Shown here: positions 1 to 11,750 of the stretch, in pieces
Layout: the number at the start of each line of letters is the position of its first letter
How positions within the stretch are numbered: the stretch's first letter is position 1
Assembly: GCA_013265495.1 (NCBI GenBank)
Contig: MU058687.1
Coordinates: 868,001-932,000 of the forward strand
DNA from: Vicugna vicugna
Taxonomy: Eukaryota
Length of the DNA: 64,000 bases
Direction: 5' to 3'
Position numbers and translations under genes: made by a program
Notes under the pieces: generated by a model
Seen by the model: only the letters and a program-made list of their open reading frames with translations
Told to the model about the DNA's origin: nothing
Database searches by the model: none

Positions 1-61
1 CCTGTCTCTAGCATCACAGACCTCACCATTACCATCAGAAATTGTCTACCAAGCACACAAG

Positions 62-119
62 TTTTAATAGAGGTAGTGGGGATTGAACCCAGGACCTCAT
101 GCTTGCTAAGCATGCGCTC
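62..119 (-). mobile_element. Partial tRNA-derived SINE
   Basis: GGGGATTGAACCCAGGACCTCATGC matches the B-box half of the same family. Confidence 0.75.
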
Positions 120-1304
120 GGGGTGAGTGGGGTGGCAGAGGCACAGAGCCAGAGAGTGGGAGCAAAGGACATACCAGGGGGCCATTCCTGTGACATCTGT
201 GGCCAGCATGTGAGCATCTGGTCCCGCTTAGGAGTTTGTTTGACATTTGTGTGGACCCCAAAGCTTGTGTGGTTTTTGAAACCTTTGAAACATTCAAAAT
301 AAATTCCTGCAGCTTGAAAAAGCTGAGACCCATTCCTGGTCCTTTGGCCCAAAGCTGTGGGGAGCTGCCTCCCAAGGAGCTCCCAGAATGTTCTCCCGGC
401 CAAGGGCTGTGCCATTCCAGCCCCCTCGAAGCCTGTCTGGACTGCTGCCTTCAGCAGCTTCTTTGGTTCCATGAAACCCTCCTCCCCATCAGGGCCCAGG
501 TCACTGGATTCTGGGGAAGGGGCTGGTCCTCATGCCCAGGACTTCCGAGTGTGTGCCCTGGTGGGAGGAAGAAACTTCCCACCCATTTGTAAGTCATCAC
601 CCCATGTGGTGCTGACAATGAATCTTAGAGGGCTGGGAGGTCTTTGAGAGGAAACAGTGCTACCTGGGAGTTTTCTAAGAACTGGAGTCTGTGGTAGTTT
701 AGATAGCACTGACTGATGGGCCTGCCTGGCTGAGAGGTCATGGTGTGGAGCCCAGCTCAAGGAGGCCCTGAGCCAGCTGTCACCCTAGGTGCTCTTAGGA
801 TGGTGATGGAGCTAACCATAGGAGGGCAACAGCTTGGTCTGCCCTGTCTGCCCATGGTAGAGCCCTTGAGGCCATTGGGGCCACAGTGAGAACCTCAGAA
901 TCAAAGGCTGCCGGGCAGTGGGGTGCCAGATTCGGGCTAAGAGGGTACTCAAGAGAGATGCAGGTACCCAGTGGAGGCCCAATTAGAGTCTTGAGTACAG
1001 GCCTGGGGAGGTGTCTAGCTGGGAGATGACTATTCACTGTGCTCTGGCTAGCTGGAGAGAGCAAATGAGCCTAACTAGCCTAACTATCAGGGCAAATGAC
1101 TCAGTGGTTCTGACTCTCTGGAAGATACCACTCAGAGATTATATAAGTCCAACCTTCCAGGCAACACCACTCAGCAAACATTAGCCCAATATCCGGCATC
1201 ATTGCCCAACCCTTGGGGACACATCTGGCTAACAGCCCAGGACAGCTGCTGTTCCACCTGGAACAAATCTGATCATACTGGTCCTTTGTTAAGAACCTTT
1301 CAAA

Positions 1305-1401
1305 GGTTCAATCCCCACTACCTCCATTAAAATAAACAAACAAACAAACCTAATTACCTTCCCCCTCCACACACACACACACATACACACACACACACAC
1401 A
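1305..1401 (+). mobile_element. 5'-truncated SINE ending in a (CA)n microsatellite
   Basis: GGTTCAATCCCCACTACCTCCATTAAAATAAAC...CCTAATTACC followed by (CA)n at 1368-1401. Confidence 0.8.
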
Positions 1402-1419
1402 AACCTCTTAAGGCTCTCC

Positions 1420-1860
1420 ATTGGCCTCTACAAAGCCAATCAGATCCCACCTGCCTGTGTAGTCTAATTGCCCCCATCTCCTCTCCCTTATCTCTGTGAC
1501 CATGCACAACCAAAGCTATGATCCTCCAAGGACAGAGGGTATACACGGGCACATTTTGATGCCTTTGCTTAAACTGCTCTCTCTGCCTAGAATGTCTTTC
1601 CTCTCCTCTTTGCCAACTGAAATCCTTGGCACACTCTAAGACTTCCAGATCAAATGTCACCTCCTTCATGTAAAACCTCCCCTGACACCTACCCAGCCCT
1701 CCCAATTCTCCATCTGCCACACCATTTAGTACTTGTTGATGTATGCACCTCCATCTTGAGAATCTTAAAGGTTCTTTCTTATTCCCCTTTGTGCCCTTAG
1801 CGTCTAACACAGTACCTGACATGTAGTATACATTCAACACTTCTTTGTTTCACTTAATTC
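1420..1860 (+). mobile_element. L2 3' fragment
   Basis: AAATGTCACCTCCTTCATGTAAAACCTCCC...ACAGTACCTGACATGTAGTA L2-type motifs. Confidence 0.7.
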
Positions 1861-2279
1861 AGTGTTTCCAAAAAAGTGGATAAATGACATTGAGGGTAGG
1901 AAAGAGGGTTTTAGGTTTCCATAATCACAACATGCAACAATGCCGAATCACACAGTGAGAAAGTGATTCCTTTTTAAGTAATCTTTCTAGTCTGATTAAA
2001 TCAGTGGGGGAGAATCTCCGTCCAAGGTTGGGTCTTCATGCCAGGTCCCTACTTCAACACTTGCCAATCTCCCTTTCCAATGGAGAGAACAGACCACAGG
2101 GTTGAGCTTCCTACGATAATGGTATCTGACTAGACTTTGAGAACATTTTGTTTCCATTTCAGTTTTCCTACAGTTACCTTCTCTTTATGACAAGTGGTGC
2201 TATTTTCAACTTAGGATAGTGATACAGAGTGTCCTTGAAATTGAATTTATTTGTGTAGAAAAATGAGTCAAGCACTGTT

Positions 2280-2720
2280 TGTAAAACCAAAATATGTAAC
2301 TCATCTAAAGGTCCAAAATCAGAAGGATGGATAAATAAACTGGGGTATGTTCTGACAATGGCATAATAGCCAACAGTTTAAATGAATAAACTTGGGCTGA
2401 TTATATCAACATAGTTAAATCTCAAAAATCTAATGAGAGGAGAAAGCAAATTGTAGAAGGATAATGCAGTATGGTATCACTTATCTAAGTTTAAAATATG
2501 CAAAACAATATTGTGTATGTTATGAGTGCATGCATCTGTAGTAATAGTATAAAAACATAGATTGGAATCATGGGCAAATTCAAGGTAGTGATTAACTCGA
2601 GGGAGAAAGGAAGACAAATTTATAGAGGATATTTCAACTGAAAAAAATTAGAAGCAAAATATTAAGGTTTGAAAAAGCTGGATTGTTGATTGTATTACTT
2701 TCATAACTTTTGTAGGTTTG
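2280..2720 (+). mobile_element. Ancient L1 3' fragment
   Basis: GGATAAATAAACTGGGGTAT and related degenerate L1M 3' motifs; AT-rich. Confidence 0.6.
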
Positions 2721-2870
2721 TATAAAATTTTATAATATAAAATCTTGTTATTTTAATAGTTTATAAATGTAAAGAGAAATAATAGAACAAGAAGGAAAAG
2801 ATAAAGAAAAATAATTATGAAAGTGGTATGCTGTGAGGCTGGGAAACAATGCCTTAAAAACTCCCTTGTG

Positions 2871-2939
2871 TGCCGTACACCAGAAACTGACACATTGTAA
2901 ACTGACTATACTTCAATTAAAAAAAAAAGGTTAAAAAAA
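2871..2939 (+). mobile_element. Extremely 5'-truncated L1 (3' terminus plus A tail)
   Basis: Nearly identical to the L1 end at 41281-41328. TSD AAAAACTCCC(T/C)TGTG at 2856-2870 and 2940-2954, at a TT/AAAA site. Confidence 0.85.
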
Positions 2940-3203
2940 AAAAACTCCCCTGTGGACTATAAATTTCAAAAGAGTAGAAATTGTTTCTACTCTGGTTACA
3001 CTGAGTCCCAGACACCTAGCACGGTGCCCAGCACATACTTAAAATCCTCATTGTGTGCAATAAATCCCCGCTACGTTGCAAGTTCCTGGAAGACAGAGGC
3101 TGTCTTGGCTACTGCTGTATCCCCAGGGTCCAGCAGAGTGCCTGGCATAGAGGAGGCCTTCCAAATATTTGTTGAATGAGTGAAGAATCCTCCGTAGTCG
3201 TGA

Positions 3204-3234
3204 TGCAATTCCAAGCTCCACCAGCAGGTGGCAC
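3204..3234 (+). promoter_or_regulatory. CTCF binding motif with upstream (ZF9-11) module
   Basis: Core CCAGCAGGTGGCAC (3221-3234) preceded by TGCAATTCC (3204-3212) at canonical spacing. Confidence 0.7.
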
Positions 3235-4225
3235 TTAGTCATTGCCCCTGAGCAATCGACAAGGCAATTGCCAGAGAGGTAAGCCTGGCCAGGAGCCATC
3301 ATCACACAGAAAGGACTTGGGTAGAGGAGGCCAATGGACAAACCCAGTCCCTCTTCAGTGGCCCGCTGGAGTGCCAGAGGAACCCACTTTAACCAAAGCT
3401 GCAGAAAATAATCTGGGGGAGGAGCCAAACCCAGGACATGATATGGTGTGATCACCTGTGTATGGCAAGTGCTTATGCGTGGCACCAACGCTGGGTCCTT
3501 ACACACCTGTGCACACCTGCCAGCCTTATCGTGGTGAAAATCTGCTTTGCTCATCACCACCTCACCTCACAACTTCTAACAGTGCACCCTCCCACCCCTA
3601 CTCCACTATCCTGCCTTCCCCTAACTCCCATCTGAATGCTGACAGCATAAGCTCCTCCATGATCTGGTCCAACTGATGCCTCCAGCCTCAGCCCCATGGC
3701 TCCCTTACACCAGGGTGCAGTCCTGCCGCTGGGCCAGTGCCAACAGTGAAAAGCTCTTGTCCTTGGACACCACTACACCTTGGGGCCCCACTCCTGCCAC
3801 CTCCCCTCTGCTTCCTCATATGCTGCCCATTGAACCCCAGGGTCTCCAGCTCACAGAACCTCCTTTTCCTCTGGGCTCATCAACCACAACTGTCCATGCC
3901 TTTATGCTTAACATAAAGCTTCTGGTACTAGAAAGCATGTTCACAGGTTTGTATCTGTTCAATTCTCCAACTCAATTTGAGGTAACTGAGTTGCTCTCCT
4001 GCCAGAAACAGTCTGGGGCCTCTGTCTGGGGCCACGTCCCCTATTCCATGCTCTACACACTGCTCTTAGGAAGCATGTATTCACTTGCACAGGGCAGGAC
4101 AGGAAAAAAACTGAAATCTGGCAGGTTCTCCATTACCACTTGCTGACTGATCCTATGGGTAAGAGACTTTGCAGTGCATGGCTCTACTCTCTGTCTTAAG
4201 CCGGGCCCTCCATGGTCAACGGGGA

Positions 4226-4560
4226 GTTCATTCATTCATTCAACAGATACTTAACAAGCATCAACTGTATGCAGGCACTGTTCTAGGCACTGGTAACACA
4301 GCAGTGCACAAAATAAGGCCTCCCTTTTCAGAGAGCTTACATTAGTGTGGGCTGGGAGACCAGACCATAACTCAGAAACAGAAACATGTCAAATGGGAAT
4401 AAGTGCTATGAAGAAACATAAAGCAGGGTGAAGGGAGAGAGAGAGTGGGGCAGGAGTAGTTACAGAAAGCCTCTTAAAGCAGAGATTTGAATGAAGGGAG
4501 GGAATCCTGCTGAAATATAGAAGAGTGGAGGAGGGGTAAGAACGTCCTCTGGAGAAGAAC
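4226..4560 (-). mobile_element. L2 3' fragment
   Basis: TTCATTCATTCAACAGATACTT...CAGGCACTGTTCTAGGCACTGG. Confidence 0.75.
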
Positions 4561-5587
4561 TGGGGGTGCAGTGTCCTTCATACAGTGCACAGGGGGACTG
4601 AACCCAACTGGCAAAATGGCCTGGCCAAGGGCTGCCAGGTTCCTTCCCAGCCTCCCAGATGGTTCCTCCACCCAGCGCCCCACTGCCTGGGGCTCCAGTG
4701 CCCTCCAATCTGGAGACACATGTCATAGGCAAGACCAAGTGGCCCTGTGGCCATAAGGATTCTTAACTGGGGATGAGGGTTGCTGGGAAGCCTCCCCATG
4801 CTGCGAGAGCTCCCCCAGTAAGCAGTGAGTGGTGCCCAAGGAGAGGAGAAAAAAAGGCAAATTGCAGAGTTGGGGGAGACATAGCCCTGCAAAGTGTGCC
4901 AGCCGCGCTGACACCTAGCTGCAAGAGGGCACACACACACCCACTCCCCCAGGTACCCACGGTGACGCAGCCACATCGCGGGCAGGCTTCCTGCCCAAAG
5001 TGCCCCCAAGCCCACGCTCATTTCCACGTCCAGCCATCCGCGGGCCCAGACCAACCTGTGCCCCAACCCATGCACTTGTCTCCACGCTCAGGCTTCGCTT
5101 CCAGCCCCCTTCCTGGAGATGCATCTGCTTTCGCACTCTGGAGCCTCCCACATCCTCCACCTACTGGCGCTTTGAGTCCGCTCAACTGCCCCTGGGCCTC
5201 CAGCGCCTGGAACGCCCACCCTGCTGCTCCCAGGGCCCTTTCGGATCCCAGCAGCTCTGCGGGCGTCTGCGAGCGCCGGTCAGAGGCGGGCTGGTTGAGG
5301 GAGGGCGAAAGCACTGGCACCTTGGGAAAGGATTTAACGTCGGGTCTCAGAAGCTGGTACAAAACGGTATCGATAGTGTTTCTCTTTTCTCTCAACTCTT
5401 TGAAAGCGGATCAGATTGAACCCCAGCTTCAGGACCTCGGTCTGTTTCCTCGCAGTACTGAGGGCAGAGGGACGAAGGGCAGAGCCCGGCGCCCTCTCCT
5501 CTCGGCTGCACATCCCTCCACGTACGAGCGCACGGGAGACCGGCCCTCGCACTCCTCAACTCCCATGCTCCCCTCCCGAATGCTCAC

Positions 5588-6066
5588 CCAGTAAGCCGTC
5601 CTCGCGCGGCCCGCGGCCGCTGCACGGTCCCAAGGCGCGGGAGAGCCTGGGCCGCCTGGGCCTGGGGTGCAGGCTGCTGCTGGCCCAAGGGCCGGCTTCT
5701 CCAAGTCTGCGCAGGTGGCTGGACTCGCCGCGGCTGCTGCGCGCGGGGCGGCCTCCTGGCCTCCGCCTCGGCTGGCCTCCTGGGCCCCCCCAAGCCGGGT
5801 TGGGCCCGCTCTGAGGGCGGCAAATTCGGGACGGGCGCGTCCTGCTCCCGGAACAGGCTGTACACCTTGGCTGCAGCCGCTGCAGGATAGCTGACCCCTG
5901 GGCGCCGCAGCCGATTCACGTCCCTGACAGCCGGCTCGTATCTTCCCACCGGGTCCCTCTGAGCATGACCCATCCCCACGAAGAGAGCCAGGGTGAGCGG
6001 CAGGAAGCTCCTCCAGGGGTTCCGCAGGGCGCGCACAGGGCAGCGGGCGGTGGTCGGAGGCCCCAT
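5588..6066 (-). CDS. LTBP2: LTBP2 exon 1 coding part (signal peptide and N-terminal region of latent TGF-beta binding protein 2)
   Basis: ATG at 6066 in strong Kozak context (gccATGg). Translation [45 protein letters not shown]...RGRLTG matches the LTBP2 N-terminus. Phase-2 donor GG|GTGAGC at 5587; 479 nt. Confidence 0.97.
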
Positions 6067-6931
6067 GGCTCCGGGGCGACTGGAGAGCGGTGCGCGCGGG
6101 GAACTGCCCGGAGGCTCGCAGTCGGTGCGCCTGGCTGCCCGCGGGCTGCGCTTGGGTCCCTCCCAGTGGCGCGCCTCTCCCCGTCTAGGGGGCCCCAAGT
6201 CAGACTGCGGGCCGGGCTCTCCCTGGAGCTAGGGCCTGGCGGCGGGAGCTGCACGGGGCTGCGCGCCCTGAGCCCGGCGGCCGCGCTCCGTCTCCAGCCG
6301 GGCGCTCACCGCTGTTGCACCTTCCCGCCTTCTCCCCGTCACTGCAGCCTTCTTAAGGGGAACCGGAGGGTTTTATTTTTGGAAACCTCCCCCTGATTTT
6401 GCGTCTCTTTTATCCACACCATGCCCCCTCCTCGGAGGGACAGCTCAGCCCCCTCATTACAGGAGAGCGAGAGAGGAATTCCAGCAACACCCACTTTGGC
6501 ACCGGGAAGCGAGCGGGCGGCGAGGGGGGTTAACCCGTGAGGAGCTGGGGGCGGCGCTGGGCCGACCCGAGGGCTGGCAGGGGAGATGCTGCCTGCTGGG
6601 ACAGGGACACCTAAACCATCTTTCTCCTGTCCTGGGCAAGCTGAACAGCTGACCTGTCCCAAACTTATCTCCTGCTCCTGACCTCAGGGACAAACTCCCG
6701 GTTGGATGACCAAGGCTGCAGCCTCGAAGGTCTGAAGAAAGTCAGAAGAGGTACCAAGAACTGCGTGACAGAAACAGGACCCGAAGGACGGTCGCCCGGA
6801 CCCTTCGCTTCCCGCCTGGGCCACTGGGGACAACTGCCCGGGGTGCGGGCTACAGCTGGGGCAGCGCGGGGCTCCTCGCCTCCCTCCGCGGGGGTGCGAC
6901 GCGGAAGCGCTGGAAAGCTGCCTGTGGGCGC

Positions 6932-6945
6932 GCGCCCTCTAGTGG
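6932..6945 (-). promoter_or_regulatory. CTCF binding motif
   Basis: Reverse complement reads CCACTAGAGGGCGC, a near-perfect CTCF core. Confidence 0.7.
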
Positions 6946-9190
6946 ATTTGGCCCCGTCCTTGGCCAATCCGCGACTTGTGGAGACCTGCTGCCGCCAGCC
7001 GCCTTCGCTCCTTGATCCTACTCCCTTTCATGGTGCGTCAGGGTCGCGCCTAGGCCTGAGGCGTGATGGCGGATCCTGGAAGCGGTGGTCTCTTTTTCGC
7101 AGAGGGATAATGTGACCCAGCGTCACCCAAGGAGACAGCGTGTGCCCAAGAGGTGAATGAAATCTAACTATCCAGCCTGGGGCTGAGATGTATTCCTTAG
7201 ACTCTCATCCCAGCCCCCGACTCCCTCGGGAATTTAACCGAGGGGCATTCGATGAGCGTCTGATTGATGCGTGACTGTGTGTGCTCACGGCCTCTTGTGT
7301 TGGCAGGGAGGGGGCAGGGCTTCTAGAATACTAATGGCCACCCATCTTAGTACCCCCAACCGTCAGCTCATCACTCACACCCATGGTCCCCCGCCCTAAA
7401 GTCGAAAGGTCTGAAAACGATGGCCCCTGCTGCTCTGCATTTCTTCAGCCTACTGCTTTTTAGAAAGGCAGAGGGACCTAGCAGGTAGGAAGGCACCATA
7501 ACTTCCCATACCACACAAAGGACAGAGACCTAATATTGGAATACAGCCTCAACTCCTGACCTTCGCCCCCAAAGCCCTGCAGGACTGGCCCCCTCTCTGA
7601 TCTGTCTCACCTCTTGCTGGGGCACTCACCACACTGCAGCTGCTTTGGCCTCCTCTCTGCTCCTTGAACAAGCTAAGTTAATGCCCACTTTCTTCTCCCC
7701 GATCACTCATCTCCAAGATGTTTTACAGGACTAGCTCCTCACCATTTCATTTCTCTAATCAAACATCACCTCCCCGAGTGGCCATCCCTGACCCCTCGAT
7801 CTAGACCAGCCTTCCACTCCCAAGTCATTACTTTCTAATACACCACCCTGTGTCACCTTCATTGTTCTAGACTGGTTGAAATTATCTTATATTTTTTCAC
7901 CTGTGTAATTGATTTATTGAATGGGCTGAACCTGAAGAAGGTAATCTGGAAACAGCTCTATTTTTCCCCCCTCACTGCCTTCAACTATAATACGGTGAAT
8001 TTCTCTGCTCCATCCTTACTGACATCTTCAAGCACAGTCCTTGGCTTCCCCATCCCCACCAGCCACAAGAACAGTTTCATTTCTATAATTAAGACCAATT
8101 TTCAGGCACTCAAAAGTCTGGTCCTGTCCAAATCAAACGTCATCCAATTTAATCAATCTTGTATCCAATTTAATATTTCTCCTCTCCCTCCATGGGCCTG
8201 TAATGTACCCTGGCTCAAGATCCTGTAGTGGGGAGAGTAGGGTGTAGTCTGGTTTTCTGACCTTCCTTTTCTGGAGTGGCTCTTCTGTCTCAGGGTTGGG
8301 GGACACATGTTAGAGGGAAAATGGCAAAGTCCTATGTGACAGGTGCCATGGCTGGCTGAGTGCAGGTTCTTTCATGGGCGTACTTGTGGGTTCTTAGGAG
8401 GCTCTGTGCAGGCTCTCCACCCTGCACTCCTGTAGCAAAGGACTCTCTGGACAACTTCTTGCAGACCCCCATGTTCCCCGTCCCCCCACAGGACTTTCCT
8501 GTCCACACCAACAACCCAGTGGTGAGTTAGCTCATCTCACCCTGCTATAAGAGCCACTCCAGCCAAGCTCCACAATCAGAATTCTCCAGACAGGAAAAGT
8601 ACACAAGTCTCTTCATTTATGTACATCTTCAATTCCTAAAGACATAGGCTGGGTTCTCCCAAGAACTTTCTTGCTGTGCTTTGGTGCATTGGGGTGCTTA
8701 CAGCTAGCATCAGTGGAGGCAGAGTTATGGGATGTCATGCTAGTTTCCTCTTCTTTGGAGGCCCCCAATCCCTATGATTTAGGATTTAGTTGGATGCTTA
8801 GTTTTCTTAGGATCCCGTTCACTTGGTTTGCATTGGAGTGTACCCTCAGGAAGAATCTCAGCCTTGCCTACTAATGCAATAGTTCTCTAACTCAAGACTT
8901 TCTCCAGTCCTTTTCATTTGTAGATTGGAACCCCAGGATTTGGCTTCATAATTGTTGAACTGGTTCTGCCATTAGTAAGATGCCTAGTACTTCTCTTTGG
9001 AATGTGTGACTATTTAGTCTTTATGGTTCTAGCCTTTGCAGCTTTAGCAGAAATTCAAACCACAGGAAAGATCCTGTTCAACAACCTATAGAATCATTAT
9101 TGTCTGACTTCCCAAGCCACAGTGTTAGCTCTAAAGGAATAGATATCTTGCCTACTGTTCCCCAGAACCTAGAAGAGTGCTGGCCTCTAG

Positions 9191-10711
9191 AATAACTCTC
9201 CCAGACTTCAGACAATACTATAGAGCTACAGTCATCAAGACAGCATGGTATTGGTACCAAAACAGACATATAGACCAATGGAACAGAATAGAGAGCCCAG
9301 AAATGAACCCACAAACTTTTGGTCAACTCATCTTCGACAAAGGAGGCAAGAATATACAATGGAATAAAGACAGTCTCTTCAGCAAATGGTGTTGGGAAAA
9401 CTGGACAGCAGCATGTAAAACAATGAAGCTAGAACACACCCTTACACCATATACAAAAATCAACTCAAAATGGATTAAAGACTTAAACATAAGACAAGAT
9501 ACAATAAACCTCCTAGAGGAAAACATAGGCAAAACATTATCTGACATACATTTCAAAAATTTTCTCCTAGAAGAAATAAAAGCAAGAATAAACAAATGGG
9601 ACCTAATGAAACTTACAAGCTTCTGCAGAGCAAAGGAAACCAGAAATAAAACAAGAAGAAAACCTACGGAATGGGAGAAAATTTTTGCAAGTGAAACCGA
9701 CAAAGGCTTGATCTCCAAAATATATAAGCAGCTCATACGACTCAATAAGAAAAAAATAAACAACCCAATCCAAAAATGGGCAGAAGACCTAAACAAGCAA
9801 TTCTCCAAGGAAGACATACAAATGATCAAAAAGCACATGAAAAAATGTTCAATATCACTAATTATCAGAGAAATGCAAATCAAAACTACAATGAGGTATC
9901 ACCTCACACCAGTCAGAATGGCCGTCATTCAAAAATCCAAAAATGACAAATGCTGGAGAGGCTGTGGAGAAAGGGGAACCCTCCTACACTGCTGGTGGGA
10001 ATGCAGTTTGGTGCAGCCACTATGGAAAACAGTGTGGAGATTCCTCAAAAGACTAGGAATAGACTTACCATATGACCCAGGAATCCCACTCCTGGGCTTG
10101 TACCCAGAAGGAAATCTACTTCAGGATGACACCTGCACCCCAATGTTCATAGCAGCACTATTTACAATAGCCAAAACATGGAAACAGCCTAAATGTCCAT
10201 CAACAGGTGACTGGATAAAGAAGATGTGGTATATTTATACAATGGAATACTACTCAGCCATAAAAACCGACAACATAATGCCATTTGCAGCAACATGGAT
10301 GCTCCTAGAGAATGTCATTCTAAGTGAAGTAAGCCAGAAAGAGAAAGAAAAATACCATATGAGATCGCTCATATGTGGAATCTAAAAAACAAAAACAAAC
10401 AAACAAACAAAAACAAAGCATAAATACAGGACAGAAATAGACTCATGGACAGAGAATACAGACTTGTGGTTACCAGGGGGGTAGAGGGTGGGAAGGGATA
10501 GACTGGGATTTCAAAATTGTAGAATAGATAAACAAGATTACACTGTATAGCACAGGGAAATATACACAAAATGTTATGATAAATCACAGAGAAAAAAATG
10601 TGACAATGAGTGTGTATATGTCCATGAATGACTGAAAAATTGTGCTGAACACTGGAATTTGACACAACACTGTAAAATGATTATGAATCAATAAAAAATG
10701 TTAAAAAAAAA
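9191..10711 (+). mobile_element. Young 5'-truncated LINE-1 (ORF2 C-terminal ~400 aa, 3' UTR, poly(A))
   Basis: Open ORF2 to stop at 10385 with CCHC knuckle [24 protein letters not shown] at 10690 and A tail. Perfect TSD AAGAGTGCTGGCCTCTAG at 9173-9190 and 10712-10729. Confidence 0.97.
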
Positions 10712-11635
10712 AAGAGTGCTGGCCTCTAGTAGATAGCCAAGAAATATGTGTTCAGTAGATGGCTAACAGAATGAACAACAGAATAATCCCATCAAGCAGG
10801 GAGGGCTGGTATCATTAGACCCATTTTCAAAGAGAAAAACTGAGTTCCTGGTGGTTGTTACTGGTCCAAGTTCATGTGCTTGCTACCTGAGGACTAGCCC
10901 TCAGGATATCCTTGAATCCTGCACCTTGCGTTTTGGGATGAATGCCATCTCAGTTCCCAGAATGCTCAGTTATCTCCCTGAGACACTGCGCCTTCACAGC
11001 CTCAGTTCCACACTTCCTTCTCCTTGCCCTGTCATCCACCCAACTCTTTAGTTCCAGGCTCCCTTCCTCACCCCACTACCTGTCCAGATCCTTCAGGACC
11101 TCTCCTCTTCATCCCTCTATGCTCACCTCAGATCCCTGTGAGCCTCCCAAGGCCAGAAACCTTGGCATCATCTTCGTCCCTGAGCTATTTTTTCCTCCCA
11201 TGTGTCCAAGTCATTATTACTGCTCCGTCTCCTCTGTCTGCACGTCTGGAAGTCTGCCGCCCATTCAGCCTCTCACTGCTCCACCTCAGCCAAAATCCTC
11301 AAGCAGACACGCTTCCCTCACCACTAGGCACCCCTCCCACTTCTTGGTGAGTACAAGTGGTCCTCGCAAATTCCCACCCTAATCTCCTGGGGACCCACAC
11401 CCAGTCTAATCCACTATAAAGACTGGCATCTCCTGCCTGCCATCCCAGCGCCATCCTCCTGTGCTGCCTCCCACTTACTGCCCATCACTCCCTTTCCCTG
11501 TAACTGTTAGGATCAGTTGTTGCAGCTCTTCAGATCCTCCAATTCCATAAACAGTTGAGTTTTTTGTTTGTTTTTCCTGCCAAAATTTATGGAGTGTCTT
11601 ATGATCCAAACACTGTGCTAAGCATGGTTCATTTA

Positions 11636-11750
11636 GAGGGGAGGGTACAGCTCAGTGGCAGAGTGCACACTTAGTGTGCATGAGGTCCTGGGTTCAATCC
11701 CCAGTACCTCCATTAGAAAAAGAAAAAGAAAAGAAAAAGAAAAAAAGAAA
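11636..11750 (+). mobile_element. tRNA-derived SINE (camelid Vic-1-like)
   Basis: GGGGAGGGTACAGCTCAGTGGCAGAG...GGTTCAATCCCCAGTACCTCC with (GAAAAA)n tail. Confidence 0.9.

Larger units (their letters stand above)
5200..7110. promoter_or_regulatory. LTBP2: CpG island / LTBP2 promoter and 5' UTR
   Basis: Very GC- and CpG-rich stretch spanning exon 1 and ~1 kb upstream; boundaries estimated by eye. Confidence 0.85.

Noticed and set aside
1..5587. LTBP2 exon 2 (RNVCGGQCC...)
   Set aside because: No matching minus-strand sequence found by eye; it probably lies left of the window.
4773..5594. 273-aa plus-strand ORF and other ORFs around the CpG island
   Set aside because: Expected from stop-codon depletion in GC-rich DNA; no recognisable domain and non-ATG starts.
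6067..6198. 44-aa N-terminal extension of LTBP2 given by the ORF track
   Set aside because: It starts at TTG. The ATG at 6066 has a strong Kozak context and matches the known N-terminus with its signal peptide.
9323..9883. 186-aa hydrophobic minus-strand ORF
   Set aside because: Antisense shadow of L1 ORF2, a common artefact.
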